Below are positions 18,373-28,849 of a stretch of 64,000 bases of DNA, piece after piece. The position numbers and the translations under genes are program-made. Location of the stretch: assembly GCA_050173715.1 (NCBI GenBank), contig JBFXKO010000020.1:855-64854 (forward strand), written 5' to 3'. Source of the stretch: Sedimentibacter sp. (lineage in GTDB: Bacteria; Bacillota; Clostridia; Tissierellales; Sedimentibacteraceae). The notes under the pieces were generated by a model, which was not told the DNA's origin, searched no databases, and saw only the letters and a list, made by a program, of their open reading frames with translations. Every line of letters starts with the position of its first letter. Position 1 is the first letter of the stretch.

Positions 18373-19365
18373 ATGGATAATAAAGATATTGTAATAACAA
18401 GCCGAATAAGGCTTGCAAGAAATTTAAAAGATTACAGGTTTCCTATAAAAATGAATCAAGAAGAAGCAGAAAAGGTAATAATAGAAGTAAACAATGCCAT
18501 AAATAGAATCAATTTAAATTATAAACTTGAATATTTACGGGACTTATCAGACAATCAAAAAAATTCGTTGATAGAAAACCATTTAATAAGCCCTGCATTG
18601 GCTGAAAAAAAGGATACGGCTGCATTTTTGCTTAGCCCTGACAAAAAAGTTTCTATCATGCTTAATGAAGAGGACCACATTAGAATTCAAACATTGGATA
18701 AAGGAATGTCCTTGAAGGAATGCTGGGATTTAAGCACAAAAATAGATGATGTAATAGAGGAATCAGTTGACTATGCATTTGATCGTGAATTAGGATATGT
18801 AACAGCGTGTCCTACAAATATAGGAACAGGCATGAGAGCATCAGTTATGATTCATCTGCCAGCACTTTCAATAACAAATCAAATTGAAAAGCTTATGTAT
18901 GGTGTATCACAGCTTGGAGTTGCTGTTAGGGGAGTTTACGGTGAAGGCACAAAATCATTAGGACATCTGTATCAAATATCAAATCAAGGAACATTGGGGG
19001 CTTCTGAGGAAACATTAATTGACAAAATAACACAGATTGTTAGACAGATAGTTGAAAAGGAAGTAAAAACAAGAGAGCACATCAAAAAGAACAACTTTGA
19101 CCAGCTGGAAGATGAATTTTACAGAGCATACGGTTTGCTTACAAATGCAAGGAAGATGACAACTGAGGAAGCAATGAAGCTTTTATCACTATTAAAGCTT
19201 GGCAGAGACATGGAAATGATAAATTTTGCAAAGGACAAGGATTTATATGAATTAATTACAAAAATCCAACCCAGCAATTTGTCATCAACTTTAGAAAAAG
19301 AGTTGCTTCCAAATGAAAGAGATAACAAAAGAGCTGAAATTATCAGGAATGAATTATTAGGTTAA
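18373..19365 (+). CDS. mcsB: Protein arginine kinase McsB
   Basis: SRIRLARN, NEEDH, TACPTNIGTGMRAS motifs. Confidence 0.95.
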   Translation: MDNKDIVITSRIRLARNLKDYRFPIKMNQEEAEKVIIEVNNAINRINLNYKLEYLRDLSDNQKNSLIENHLISPALAEKKDTAAFLLSPDKKVSIMLNEEDHIRIQTLDKGMSLKECWDLSTKIDDVIEESVDYAFDRELGYVTACPTNIGTGMRASVMIHLPALSITNQIEKLMYGVSQLGVAVRGVYGEGTKSLGHLYQISNQGTLGASEETLIDKITQIVRQIVEKEVKTREHIKKNNFDQLEDEFYRAYGLLTNARKMTTEEAMKLLSLLKLGRDMEMINFAKDKDLYELITKIQPSNLSSTLEKELLPNERDNKRAEIIRNELLG

Positions 19366-19390
19366 ATAAGTTTATAATATTAAAAAGGAG

Positions 19391-21844
19391 ATGAACTACA
19401 TGATTAGCGGATTCAATAATTCTGCAAAAAAGACTATAGAATTGGCGCAGGAAGAAGTTAAAAATTTTAAACAAAATGTTCTTGGAACAGAGCATATTCT
19501 TATAGGACTCATGCTTGAAGAGGAAGGCATTGCAGGAAAAATACTTAGAAATAAATTGAATGTTGACTCAATAAGAGAAATAATAAAAAACACTATGGGC
19601 ATAGGAGATTCCAAACCTGAATATATAGCAATAAGCCCAAGAAGCAAATATATAATCGAGCTGGCACGACAGTATTCAGCACAAATGGGAGTTCCTTATG
19701 TGGGGACAGAGCACATACTTCTTGGTTTAATAGATGAAGGAGAAGGCATAGGAGCTCAAATCATAAAATCTGTTGTCAGCTTGAGGGATATAAAGTCTGA
19801 AGTTATTGAAGCAATCGGACAGGGAAGCGGCGGAGGTGCAGAAAGTACTCCAAACTTTGAAACAGGAGGTTCTCAAGCACAAGCAGCAGGCACAAAGACA
19901 ATTGACAAGTACGGTACAGATTTAAACCAAAGAGCTCGTGAAGGAAAGCTTGATCCTGTTATAGGAAGAGAGGATGTTATTGAAAGAGTTATTCAAATAT
20001 TGTCAAGAAGAACTAAAAACAACCCATGCTTAATAGGAGAGCCTGGAGTTGGAAAGACAGCTATCGCTGAAGGTCTTGCTCAAGAAATAGTAAATGGTAA
20101 TGTTCCTGAGACTTTGAAGGATAAAAGAGTTGTGACTCTTGATATGGCAGGCATGGTTGCAGGAGCTAAGTACAGAGGAGAATTTGAAGAAAGGCTTAAA
20201 GGAGCAGTTGAAGAAATTAAATCTGCAGGAAATATAATATTGTTCATTGACGAGCTTCATACAATAATAGGTGCAGGTGCTGCAGAGGGAGCAATAGATG
20301 CTTCCAATATTTTAAAGCCTACCTTGGCTAGAGGTGAGCTGCAGGTTGTGGGAGCAACAACCTTGGATGAATACAAGAAGCATATCGAAAAGGATGCAGC
20401 TCTTGAAAGAAGATTCCAGCCTGTAACAGTTGATGAACCAAGCGTTGAAGACACAATTAAAATACTTAAGGGCTTAAGAGATAAGTATGAAGCTCACCAC
20501 AAGGTTGCAATTACTGATGAGGCAATTGATGCAGCTGCTAAATTGTCACATAGATATATCTCAGACAGATTTTTGCCTGACAAGGCAATCGACCTGATTG
20601 ATGAAGCTGCATCAAGAACAAGACTTAAATCCTCAACAACTCCAAAGGGATTAAAGGAAATTGAAGAAAAATTAAAGGAAATAAAAACTGAAAAGAAGGC
20701 TGCAATCAATAATCAGGATTTTGAAAAAGCAGCGTCCTTCAGAGATGAAGAAAAGAACTTATCTGAGGAACTTGACAAGAAAAAGAAGCTATGGGCTGCT
20801 AAAAATTCAAAAGATTCAAAAATTGCTTATGAAGATATAGCAGATATTGTAGCTCAATGGACAGGAATACCTGTTAAAAAAATGCAGGGTGATGAATCGG
20901 AAAGACTTCTGCACATGGAAGATGTTCTTCACAAGAGAGTAATAGGCCAAGAAATTGCAGTGGAAGCATTGGCTAAAGCCATAAGAAGATCGAGAGTAGG
21001 ACTAAAGGATCCGAAAAAACCAATAGGTTCATTCATTTTCTTAGGACCTACGGGAGTAGGAAAGACAGAGCTTTCAAAGGCATTGGCAGAGGCAATGTTC
21101 GGCGATGAAGATGCCATGATAAGAGTTGATATGTCCGAGTACATGGAAAAGCACTCAGTGTCTAAAATAGTAGGTTCACCTCCGGGATATGTGGGCTTTG
21201 ATGAAGGAGGACAATTAACTGAAAAAATAAGAAGAAAACCATATTCGGTCATATTGTTCGATGAAATTGAAAAGGCACATCCGGACGTATTTAACATACT
21301 TTTACAAATTTTAGATGACGGAAGACTTACGGATGCCAAGGGAAGAACTGTTGACTTTAAAAATACTGTTATAATTATGACATCTAATGTTGGCGCAAGT
21401 ACTATCAAGAAACAAAGAACGCTAGGCTTTACTTCAAATGCTACAAATGAAGAAAAGAATGAATACGACAAAATGAAAGAAAATGTATTGGAAGAGCTGA
21501 AGAAAACCTTCAGGCCGGAGTTTTTAAACCGTATAGATGAAATAATTGTATTCCATTCACTTAGCAAGGAACATATCAAGAACATTGTATTCTTGATGAT
21601 TGACAACTTGTCAAAACGCCTTGAACAAATGAGCATCAAAATAGAGCTGGATGAAAAGGCAAAGGATTTGTTGGCAGAAGAAGGCTTCGACCCACTATAT
21701 GGAGCAAGACCTCTTCAAAGAGAAATCAGAAGAAAAATTGAAGACAAATTGTCCGAAGAGCTATTAAAAGGAACAATCAAAAAATCCGATACAATAAAAA
21801 TAAGCGCCGACGACAAAGAATTGGTATTCAGCAACGATAGATAA
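19391..21844 (+). CDS. clpC: ATP-dependent Clp protease ATPase ClpC
   Basis: Two AAA+ modules ([16 protein letters not shown]), Clp-N repeats, UVR middle domain. Confidence 0.97.
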   Translation: MNYMISGFNNSAKKTIELAQEEVKNFKQNVLGTEHILIGLMLEEEGIAGKILRNKLNVDSIREIIKNTMGIGDSKPEYIAISPRSKYIIELARQYSAQMGVPYVGTEHILLGLIDEGEGIGAQIIKSVVSLRDIKSEVIEAIGQGSGGGAESTPNFETGGSQAQAAGTKTIDKYGTDLNQRAREGKLDPVIGREDVIERVIQILSRRTKNNPCLIGEPGVGKTAIAEGLAQEIVNGNVPETLKDKRVVTLDMAGMVAGAKYRGEFEERLKGAVEEIKSAGNIILFIDELHTIIGAGAAEGAIDASNILKPTLARGELQVVGATTLDEYKKHIEKDAALERRFQPVTVDEPSVEDTIKILKGLRDKYEAHHKVAITDEAIDAAAKLSHRYISDRFLPDKAIDLIDEAASRTRLKSSTTPKGLKEIEEKLKEIKTEKKAAINNQDFEKAASFRDEEKNLSEELDKKKKLWAAKNSKDSKIAYEDIADIVAQWTGIPVKKMQGDESERLLHMEDVLHKRVIGQEIAVEALAKAIRRSRVGLKDPKKPIGSFIFLGPTGVGKTELSKALAEAMFGDEDAMIRVDMSEYMEKHSVSKIVGSPPGYVGFDEGGQLTEKIRRKPYSVILFDEIEKAHPDVFNILLQILDDGRLTDAKGRTVDFKNTVIIMTSNVGASTIKKQRTLGFTSNATNEEKNEYDKMKENVLEELKKTFRPEFLNRIDEIIVFHSLSKEHIKNIVFLMIDNLSKRLEQMSIKIELDEKAKDLLAEEGFDPLYGARPLQREIRRKIEDKLSEELLKGTIKKSDTIKISADDKELVFSNDR

Positions 21845-21863
21845 TTTAGGTAGATAATTTAGG

Positions 21864-21907
21864 GACGGTTATTTTGGCTGATTTCAATCAAAATAATCGT
21901 CTTTTTT
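21864..21907 (+). terminator. Terminator of the clpC operon
   Basis: GACGGTTATTTTG...CAAAATAATCGTC followed by a T-tract. Confidence 0.75.
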
Positions 21908-21985
21908 AATTGTCACCGTAGTGATTGTAAAAAATTACCATTTGATTTTTGATAATAATTGTATATAATAATAAAAATTAATATA

Positions 21986-22262
21986 CAGCGATGATGGGAA
22001 GAGTAATTTGAAACTTAAGTCACAGAGAGATAGCGTTGGTGAGAGTCTATTATAACAGTTTTAAATGAAGAACATCCCTGAGCTTTTGACCCAAATTGCA
22101 ATTTACAAATGCAAAAGTAGGCTCAAACGCATCCGAGCGTTACAGCGGCAAAGACATGATAGTGTCTTTCGAGTGAGCCTGTACGTAAGTGCATGTTAAT
22201 TAGGGTGGTACCGCGAATGAATATAACTCCTTCGTCCCTTTCCAGGGATGGAGGAGTTTTTG
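21986..22262 (+). ncRNA. T-box riboswitch, probable Asn (AAC) specifier
   Basis: AGTA (GAGTA) in stem I, AGAGA/GGTGAGA apical motifs, GAAG-AAC-ATCCC specifier (AAC 22071-22073), T-box AATTAGGGTGGTACCGCG (22198-22215), terminator 22225-22262. Confidence 0.9.
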
Positions 22263-22388
22263 TATGCCCTAACCCCATTTTTCAGAGTGTTTTTTCTGAA
22301 AAATGGCGGTAGGTCAACCGCAACGAATTCCCAATTTTTGCGACGGTAGGAGCAGAAATTAAAAAAATTATTGGAAGGAAAGAAGATT

Positions 22389-24137
22389 ATGCAAAGAGTA
22401 AATGAGTACCGAACCCACACATGTGGGGAAATAAGAGAAAGTGATATCGGCAAGACAGTGAGAGTTGCTGGATGGTTTGAAAATGTGAGAGACCATGGAG
22501 GAGTTAAATTTATTAACTTAAGAGACCACTATGGCGTTGTGCAGGTGGTAGTTGAGGATGAATCGCAAGTAGCAGGAATAACCAAGGAAAGCACTGTTTC
22601 AGTGTTAGGTAAAGTCATCATGAGAGATGAAGATACAATCAACGAAAAATTAGAAACAGGAACTGTTGAGGTAGAAGCTGAAACCATAATAGTTCTTGGA
22701 AAAACAAAAGCTCCTCTTCCTTTTGAAATAACAACATCAAAGGAAACCAAGGAGGATTTAAGATTAAAATACAGATACTTGGATTTAAGAAACAAGGAAG
22801 TTCACAAAAACATTGTTTTTCGCTCACAGGTTATTTCGCATTTAAGAAACAAGATGACAGAGCTTGGGTTTTTGGAAATTCAAACTCCAATATTGACTGC
22901 ATCATCACCGGAGGGTGCAAGAGATTACATCATACCCAGCAGGAAGTATCACGGTAAATTTTATGCATTACCTCAAGCTCCGCAGATGTTTAAGCAGCTA
23001 TTGATGGTTTCCGGCTTTGATAAGTATTTTCAAGTTGCCCCTTGCTTCAGAGATGAAGATGCAAGAGCAGATCGTTCTCCCGGAGAATTTTATCAGCTTG
23101 ATTTTGAAATGGCTTTTGCAACTCAGGAGGATGTGTTGAATGTTGCAGAGGAAGTACTGTATGATGTATTTACTAAGTTTTCGGAAAAGCAAGTTTCAAA
23201 GCCTCCATTTGTCAGAATTCCATACAGTGAAGCTATGCTTAAGTATGGAACTGACAAGCCGGATTTAAGAAACCCTCTTGAAATAATTGACATAAGCCAT
23301 ATGTTTATTGAAACAGATTTTATCCCATTCAGGAAAAAGACGGTAAGAGCCATCAATGTTCCTGACTGTGCAGCACAGTCAAAGAGCTTTTTTGAAAAAA
23401 TGCTTGAATTTGCTATGAAAATAGGTATGAAGGGCTTAGGATATCTGAAGGTTGATGATAAAATGAAATACCAGGGACCTATTGACAAGTTTCTTTCTGA
23501 CAAAGATAAAGAAGAACTTAAAGAAGTAGCAGGTTTAAAACCAGGGTGTGTATTATTCTTCATAGCAGATGACAAGGAATATGCACCTAAGCTTGCAGGC
23601 CAAATTAGAACAGAGCTGGCCAAAAGATTAGGTCTTATTGATGAAAACAAATTTGAAATGTGCTTCATAGTGGATTTTCCTATGTATGAAATAGATGAAA
23701 ACACAGGAAACATAATCTTTACCCACAACCCCTTTTCAATGCCTCAGGGAGGACTGGAAGCATTAATAAACAAGGACCCTCTTGACATTTTAGCTTTTCA
23801 GTACGATATTGTATGTAACGGAGTTGAGCTTTCCTCAGGTGCTGTAAGAAACCACGATACGGACATAATGCTTAAGGCCTTTGAAATAGCAGGTTATACA
23901 GAAAAAGATTTACAAACTAAATTTACTGCATTGTACAATGCATTTAAATACGGTGCTCCTCCTCATGCAGGTATGGCACCGGGAATAGACAGAATTGTAA
24001 TGCTGTTGACAGGTGAAGAAAATATACGAGAAGTAATTGCTTTTCCAATGAACAGCAACGCTCAGGATTTAATGACAAATGCTCCCTGTGAGGTTACAGA
24101 AGAGCAAATAAGAGAAGTTCATATTAAAATCAGATAG
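22389..24137 (+). CDS. aspS: Aspartate--tRNA(Asp/Asn) ligase (non-discriminating)
   Basis: YRTHTCGE, LPQAPQMFKQ, FRDED, GAPPHAG motifs; co-located with gatCAB. Confidence 0.96.
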   Translation: MQRVNEYRTHTCGEIRESDIGKTVRVAGWFENVRDHGGVKFINLRDHYGVVQVVVEDESQVAGITKESTVSVLGKVIMRDEDTINEKLETGTVEVEAETIIVLGKTKAPLPFEITTSKETKEDLRLKYRYLDLRNKEVHKNIVFRSQVISHLRNKMTELGFLEIQTPILTASSPEGARDYIIPSRKYHGKFYALPQAPQMFKQLLMVSGFDKYFQVAPCFRDEDARADRSPGEFYQLDFEMAFATQEDVLNVAEEVLYDVFTKFSEKQVSKPPFVRIPYSEAMLKYGTDKPDLRNPLEIIDISHMFIETDFIPFRKKTVRAINVPDCAAQSKSFFEKMLEFAMKIGMKGLGYLKVDDKMKYQGPIDKFLSDKDKEELKEVAGLKPGCVLFFIADDKEYAPKLAGQIRTELAKRLGLIDENKFEMCFIVDFPMYEIDENTGNIIFTHNPFSMPQGGLEALINKDPLDILAFQYDIVCNGVELSSGAVRNHDTDIMLKAFEIAGYTEKDLQTKFTALYNAFKYGAPPHAGMAPGIDRIVMLLTGEENIREVIAFPMNSNAQDLMTNAPCEVTEEQIREVHIKIR

Positions 24138-24160
24138 TTGAAGTTAGGGTGGAGGTTAAG

Positions 24161-24448
24161 ATGGTTAATGCAGAAAATATTTTAAAGATTGCAAGGCTTG
24201 CTAAATTGTCAGTAGAAGAAGCTGAAATAGAGGAGCTTACAAAAGATATGTCGCGAATAATTCTTTTTGCAGATACAATTAATTTAGCTGTGGAAGGCGA
24301 AGATGATGAATTTGATGATATCAACAACGTAGTTAATGCATTCCATGAGGATGTGGTAATTGAATCCTTTGATAGAGAGGAAATATTAAAAAACAGAGAT
24401 GGCGGAGAAAACGGATATTTCTTAGTAAAAGGTTGTTCCGGCAAGTAG
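24161..24448 (+). CDS. gatC: Asp/Glu-tRNA amidotransferase subunit C
   Basis: IARLAKL motif, size and position. Confidence 0.88.
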   Translation: MVNAENILKIARLAKLSVEEAEIEELTKDMSRIILFADTINLAVEGEDDEFDDINNVVNAFHEDVVIESFDREEILKNRDGGENGYFLVKGCSGK

Positions 24449-24505
24449 AAAACAATATCCTAATAATAAGGAAATCTCAATGCAGTTCCTAAAAAGAGGT
24501 GAAAT

Positions 24506-25960
24506 ATGAGTAAAATTAAATACATTCATAAGCTATTAGAAACAAAACAATTATCTTGTACAGAATTAACATATAAATATTTACAGAGCATTGAAACAGA
24601 AAATAAAAAGCTGAATGCCTATGTTAATGTAACCCACGAGGTGGCCTTAAAGACTGCAAAAGAAGTGGATGAGAGAATTGCACGAAAAGAAAAGCTAAGT
24701 CCTTTAGAAGGCATTCCAATGTCTTTAAAGGACAATATATCAACAAAAAATATTGAAACAACATGCTGTTCAAACATATTGAAGGATTATGTTCCTATTT
24801 ATGATGCAACTGTATGGGAATTATTAAAAAATCAAAATGCAGTGCTGCTTGGAAAAACCAATATGGATGAATTTGCAATGGGCTCATCTTGTGAAACATC
24901 ATGCTTTGGTGGTGCTAAAAATCCTCATGACACAAGTCGCGTGGCTGGAGGAAGTTCAGGAGGAGCTGCTTCATCTGTTGCAGGAAATATTGCTGTTTTT
25001 GGATTGGGTTCAGATACAGGCGGCTCTGTAAGGCAACCTGCAAGCTTTTGCGACCTTGTGGGACTAAAGCCTACCTACGGCACAGTTTCAAGATACGGGC
25101 TCATAGCATATGCTTCAAGTCTTGATCAAATTGGTCCAATTGCATCCTGTGTTGAAGATGCTGCAATCATATATGATTCCATATCGCTTTATGACAGCAA
25201 GGATGCCACTTCTAGAGAGAGCAAAAGCACAGCCGACAAGCTTGATAAAAGCATCAAAGGAATGAAAATAGGCATAGCTGAAGAATTTTTTGATGGAATA
25301 AGAGAAGATATAAAACAATGTATAGATGAAGCTCTTAAGGTTTATGAAGATTTAGGCTGTGAGGTAGTTCATTTAAGCTTTCCTCAAATTAAGCATGCAC
25401 TTCCTGTTTACTATATAATTGCATGTGCTGAAGCATCTTCAAATTTAGGAAGATATGACGGAATACGATATGGATATAAAGCCTCAAATTACAGTGATAT
25501 AAATGATATGATATGCAAAACAAGAAGCCATGGTTTCGGCAAGGAAGTGCAGAGAAGAATTTTGCTTGGAACATATGTGTTAAGTGCAGGATATTTTGAT
25601 GCGTATTATAAGAAAGCACAGAGTCTTCGAGGATCAATTATCAAAGCCTTCAATGAAGCATTTACGCTCTGCGATGTGATGCTTACTCCTACAGTTCCTA
25701 CAACTGCCTTTAAACTTGGTTTTACACAGCATGAACCCATAGAAACCTATTTAACCGACATATGCACAGTTCCTGTAAATATTGCAGGCTTGCCTGCAGT
25801 TTCAATTCCATGCGGATTTGATGATAAAGGTCTTTCCATAGGAATGCAGCTAATAGGAAACACTTTTGATGATGCAGTTATACTGAATGCTGCTTATCAA
25901 TATGAACAACAAACAAAGGATAAAATATATAAACATGTAGAATCGGGGGTGATGCTATGA
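24506..25960 (+). CDS. gatA: Asp/Glu-tRNA amidotransferase subunit A
   Basis: Amidase signature GGSSGG, GSDTGGSVRQPA. Confidence 0.96.
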   Translation: MSKIKYIHKLLETKQLSCTELTYKYLQSIETENKKLNAYVNVTHEVALKTAKEVDERIARKEKLSPLEGIPMSLKDNISTKNIETTCCSNILKDYVPIYDATVWELLKNQNAVLLGKTNMDEFAMGSSCETSCFGGAKNPHDTSRVAGGSSGGAASSVAGNIAVFGLGSDTGGSVRQPASFCDLVGLKPTYGTVSRYGLIAYASSLDQIGPIASCVEDAAIIYDSISLYDSKDATSRESKSTADKLDKSIKGMKIGIAEEFFDGIREDIKQCIDEALKVYEDLGCEVVHLSFPQIKHALPVYYIIACAEASSNLGRYDGIRYGYKASNYSDINDMICKTRSHGFGKEVQRRILLGTYVLSAGYFDAYYKKAQSLRGSIIKAFNEAFTLCDVMLTPTVPTTAFKLGFTQHEPIETYLTDICTVPVNIAGLPAVSIPCGFDDKGLSIGMQLIGNTFDDAVILNAAYQYEQQTKDKIYKHVESGVML

Positions 25961-27375
25961 TATGGGAAATGGTAGCAGGATTTGAAACTCACATAGAGCT
26001 TTCAACAAAGACGAAAATATTCTGCCAATGTACAACAGAGTTTGGAGGAGAGCCAAACACACATTGCTGCCCTATCTGCATAGGACTTCCAGGCACTCTT
26101 CCCAAATTGAACGAGAAAGTTATAGAATATGCCGTAAAAGCAGGGCTTGCCACAAACTGCAAAATACGTAATATATCTAAGATGGATCGCAAGAATTACG
26201 TGTATCCTGACCTTCCAAAGGCATATCAAATATCACAATACGATAAGCCCCTTTGCGAGCATGGATTTATAACATTGTCTTCGGGTAAGAAAATAAATAT
26301 TACCCGTATTCACATAGAGGAAGATGCAGGAAAGCTCATTCATGAAAGAAAAGACACCTACATTGACTATAACAGAGGCGGAGTGCCGCTGATAGAAATA
26401 GTTTCAGAGCCTGATATAAGAAGCATTGATGAAGCAGTGGAGTATGTTGAAAAGCTAAGGCTTATAATGAAATATATAGGTGTATCAGATGTTAAAATGC
26501 AGGAAGGCTCATTGAGGTGCGATGTTAACATTTCATTGAGGAAAAAGGGAGAGGAAACTTTCGGTACCAGGACTGAAATAAAAAATATGAACTCTTTAAA
26601 CTTTATTGCAAAGGCAATGGAATATGAATTTAACAGGCAGATTGATATACTTGAAAGCGGAGGAGAAATAGAACAGGAAACAAGAAGGTACAACTCAGAT
26701 TTGAATATTACCGAAAGCATGAGGGGAAAGGAAGATGCTGATGATTATAGATATTTCAGAGAACCGGATTTGGTGACTATTGCTATTTCTGATGAAGAAA
26801 TAAAAAAATACAAGGACGCCCTTCCCGAGCTTTCTGGAGAAAAGTTTAATCGTTTTGTCAATGAATATGGATTGTCTGAATATGATGCAAGACAATTAAT
26901 AAAATATAAAAAAATAGCCGAGTATTTTGAGGAAGCTTCTAAAAATACAGAAAATAAAAAGATAACAGCAAACTATATATTGGGAAGCATTTTTCGAAGA
27001 ATTTCAACAGATACAGAAAAGGAAGAATGCAATATTCCAATTCCACCTCAATATTTAAATGAACTAGTGAAATTGACAGAAAATAAAAAAATAAATTCTC
27101 AAATGGCAAGAAATGCACTTGAACAAATGCTTGACACAGGAAAATCAGTCAATGAATTTATAACTGAAAATGATATGGAAAAAATTGATGATGTAATATT
27201 AAGAAAAATTTGTGAAAATGCAGTAAGTGCAAATGAAAATGCAGCATCTCAATATAAGGCAGGTAAAGAAAAGGCCTTAGGAGCAATTATTGGCTATATA
27301 ATGAAGGAAACAAAGGGCAAAGCAGATGCAGCTTTAGCAACAGAGATAGTAAAAGAATTGATAGAAATAGATTAA
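25957..27375 (+). CDS. gatB: Asp/Glu-tRNA amidotransferase subunit B
   Basis: DRKNYVYPDLPKAYQISQ, HIEEDAGK, DYRYFREPD motifs. Confidence 0.96.
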   Translation: MIWEMVAGFETHIELSTKTKIFCQCTTEFGGEPNTHCCPICIGLPGTLPKLNEKVIEYAVKAGLATNCKIRNISKMDRKNYVYPDLPKAYQISQYDKPLCEHGFITLSSGKKINITRIHIEEDAGKLIHERKDTYIDYNRGGVPLIEIVSEPDIRSIDEAVEYVEKLRLIMKYIGVSDVKMQEGSLRCDVNISLRKKGEETFGTRTEIKNMNSLNFIAKAMEYEFNRQIDILESGGEIEQETRRYNSDLNITESMRGKEDADDYRYFREPDLVTIAISDEEIKKYKDALPELSGEKFNRFVNEYGLSEYDARQLIKYKKIAEYFEEASKNTENKKITANYILGSIFRRISTDTEKEECNIPIPPQYLNELVKLTENKKINSQMARNALEQMLDTGKSVNEFITENDMEKIDDVILRKICENAVSANENAASQYKAGKEKALGAIIGYIMKETKGKADAALATEIVKELIEID

Positions 27376-27383
27376 TTAAATAG

Positions 27384-27427
27384 TAAAGACAGAGGGAGCA
27401 GATATATTCGTTCCCTCTGTCTTTTAT
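27384..27427 (+). terminator. Terminator of aspS-gatCAB
   Basis: AAAGACAGAGGGAGC...GTTCCCTCTGTCTTT. Confidence 0.8.
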
Positions 27428-27485
27428 ATTTAACAAATATTTTGTGAATGCATATACTAATGAAAGAATAGAAAGGAGAGAAATT

Positions 27486-28769
27486 ATGATAATTCATGTA
27501 GTTCAACCAGGTGAAACCATATATACAATAGCCGCACAATACAATACAACACCTCAAAAAATAATTGCTGATAATGAACTTCAAAATCCTAATGTCCTGG
27601 TCCCTGGGCAGACTCTTGTTATACTTGTTCCAGACCAGGTTCATACAGTCCAGCCGGGAGATACCCTTGAAAACATTGCTCAAAGATATAATACAACAGT
27701 TGTTGAGTTGCTGCAGATTAATCCTCAAATTACTCATGCTGATGCTATTTTTCCTGGAGATAAAATAACAATATCGCTTGCTCAAGAAAAAAGGGGACCA
27801 ATTCATGTTATTGGCTATGCATATCCAAATATAGATAGGACAGTATTAATGAAAACACTGCCATATTTAACTTATTTAACACTTTTCACATACGGGATTA
27901 CTCCTGAAGGCAATCTCATTGAAATAGAAGATGAGCAATTAATCAGAATAGCAAGAGATTACGGAGTTGCACCGCTCATGCTCATTTCAACTTTGACAGA
28001 GGAAGGAACGTTCAGCAATGAACTTGCCAGTCAAATTTTAAATAATCCTACTGTCCAAAACAATTTGATTGAAAATGTTGTAAGAACAATGGGAGAAAAA
28101 GGGTACTATGGTCTTGATATTGACTTTGAATATGTGCTTCCAGAGGATAGAGAAGAATTCGTGAACTTCGTAAGAAACATGACTAACAGATTAAATGAGG
28201 AGGGCTATACTGTACTTACAGCATTGGCGCCTAAAATTTCAGCAAATCAACCGGGACTTTTATATGAAGCACATGACTATCCTACACTTGGTGCTGTCTC
28301 AAACAGAGTTCTACTCATGACCTATGAATGGGGTTATACTTATGGTCCTCCAATGGCTGTGGCTCCTGTTAACAGAGTCAGAGAGGTTCTGGATTATGCT
28401 GTAACTGAAATACCAAGAGAAAAAATTTATATGGGCATACCAAACTATGGTTATGATTTTACATTGCCCTTTGTTCAAGGTGTTTCAAAAGCTGATTCGG
28501 TATCTAACGTAGAAGCTGTACAGCTTGCATCTGAGGTTGGAGCCCAAATTCAGTATGATGAAGAAGCACAATCACCATTTTTTATTTATTATGACAATCA
28601 AGGAAGACAGCATCAGGTATGGTTTGAAGATGCCAGAAGCATAAAAGCTAAATTGGATTTATTTACAGAATATGGTTTTGAGGGAGTGGGATATTGGAAT
28701 GTAATGAGATACTTCCCACAAAATTGGCTTGTGGCAAGCTCATTATATGACATTGCAAAAGTAATATGA
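27486..28769 (+). CDS. LysM-LysM-GH18 spore peptidoglycan hydrolase (YaaH/SleL/YdhD family)
   Basis: Two LysM repeats (HVVQPGETI, HTVQPGDTL); GLDIDFEY catalytic DxDxE; ATG 27486 after GAAAGGAG. Confidence 0.9.
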   Translation: MIIHVVQPGETIYTIAAQYNTTPQKIIADNELQNPNVLVPGQTLVILVPDQVHTVQPGDTLENIAQRYNTTVVELLQINPQITHADAIFPGDKITISLAQEKRGPIHVIGYAYPNIDRTVLMKTLPYLTYLTLFTYGITPEGNLIEIEDEQLIRIARDYGVAPLMLISTLTEEGTFSNELASQILNNPTVQNNLIENVVRTMGEKGYYGLDIDFEYVLPEDREEFVNFVRNMTNRLNEEGYTVLTALAPKISANQPGLLYEAHDYPTLGAVSNRVLLMTYEWGYTYGPPMAVAPVNRVREVLDYAVTEIPREKIYMGIPNYGYDFTLPFVQGVSKADSVSNVEAVQLASEVGAQIQYDEEAQSPFFIYYDNQGRQHQVWFEDARSIKAKLDLFTEYGFEGVGYWNVMRYFPQNWLVASSLYDIAKVI

Positions 28770-28849
28770 TGCAAGCATGTCATAAAACTGTAATTTTACA
28801 AAAATAATGGCATATATTTTTGTAACAGGTATTTTGTAGGAGGGAATTC

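Noticed and set aside
21838-21863. TAGATAATTTAGG duplicated at the clpC stop
   Set aside because: A 13-bp local slippage duplication with no associated element or plausible function
24420-24505. Atypical GatC C-terminus and 57-bp gap before gatA
   Set aside because: GatC C-termini are variable, and there is no clear frameshift or insertion signature
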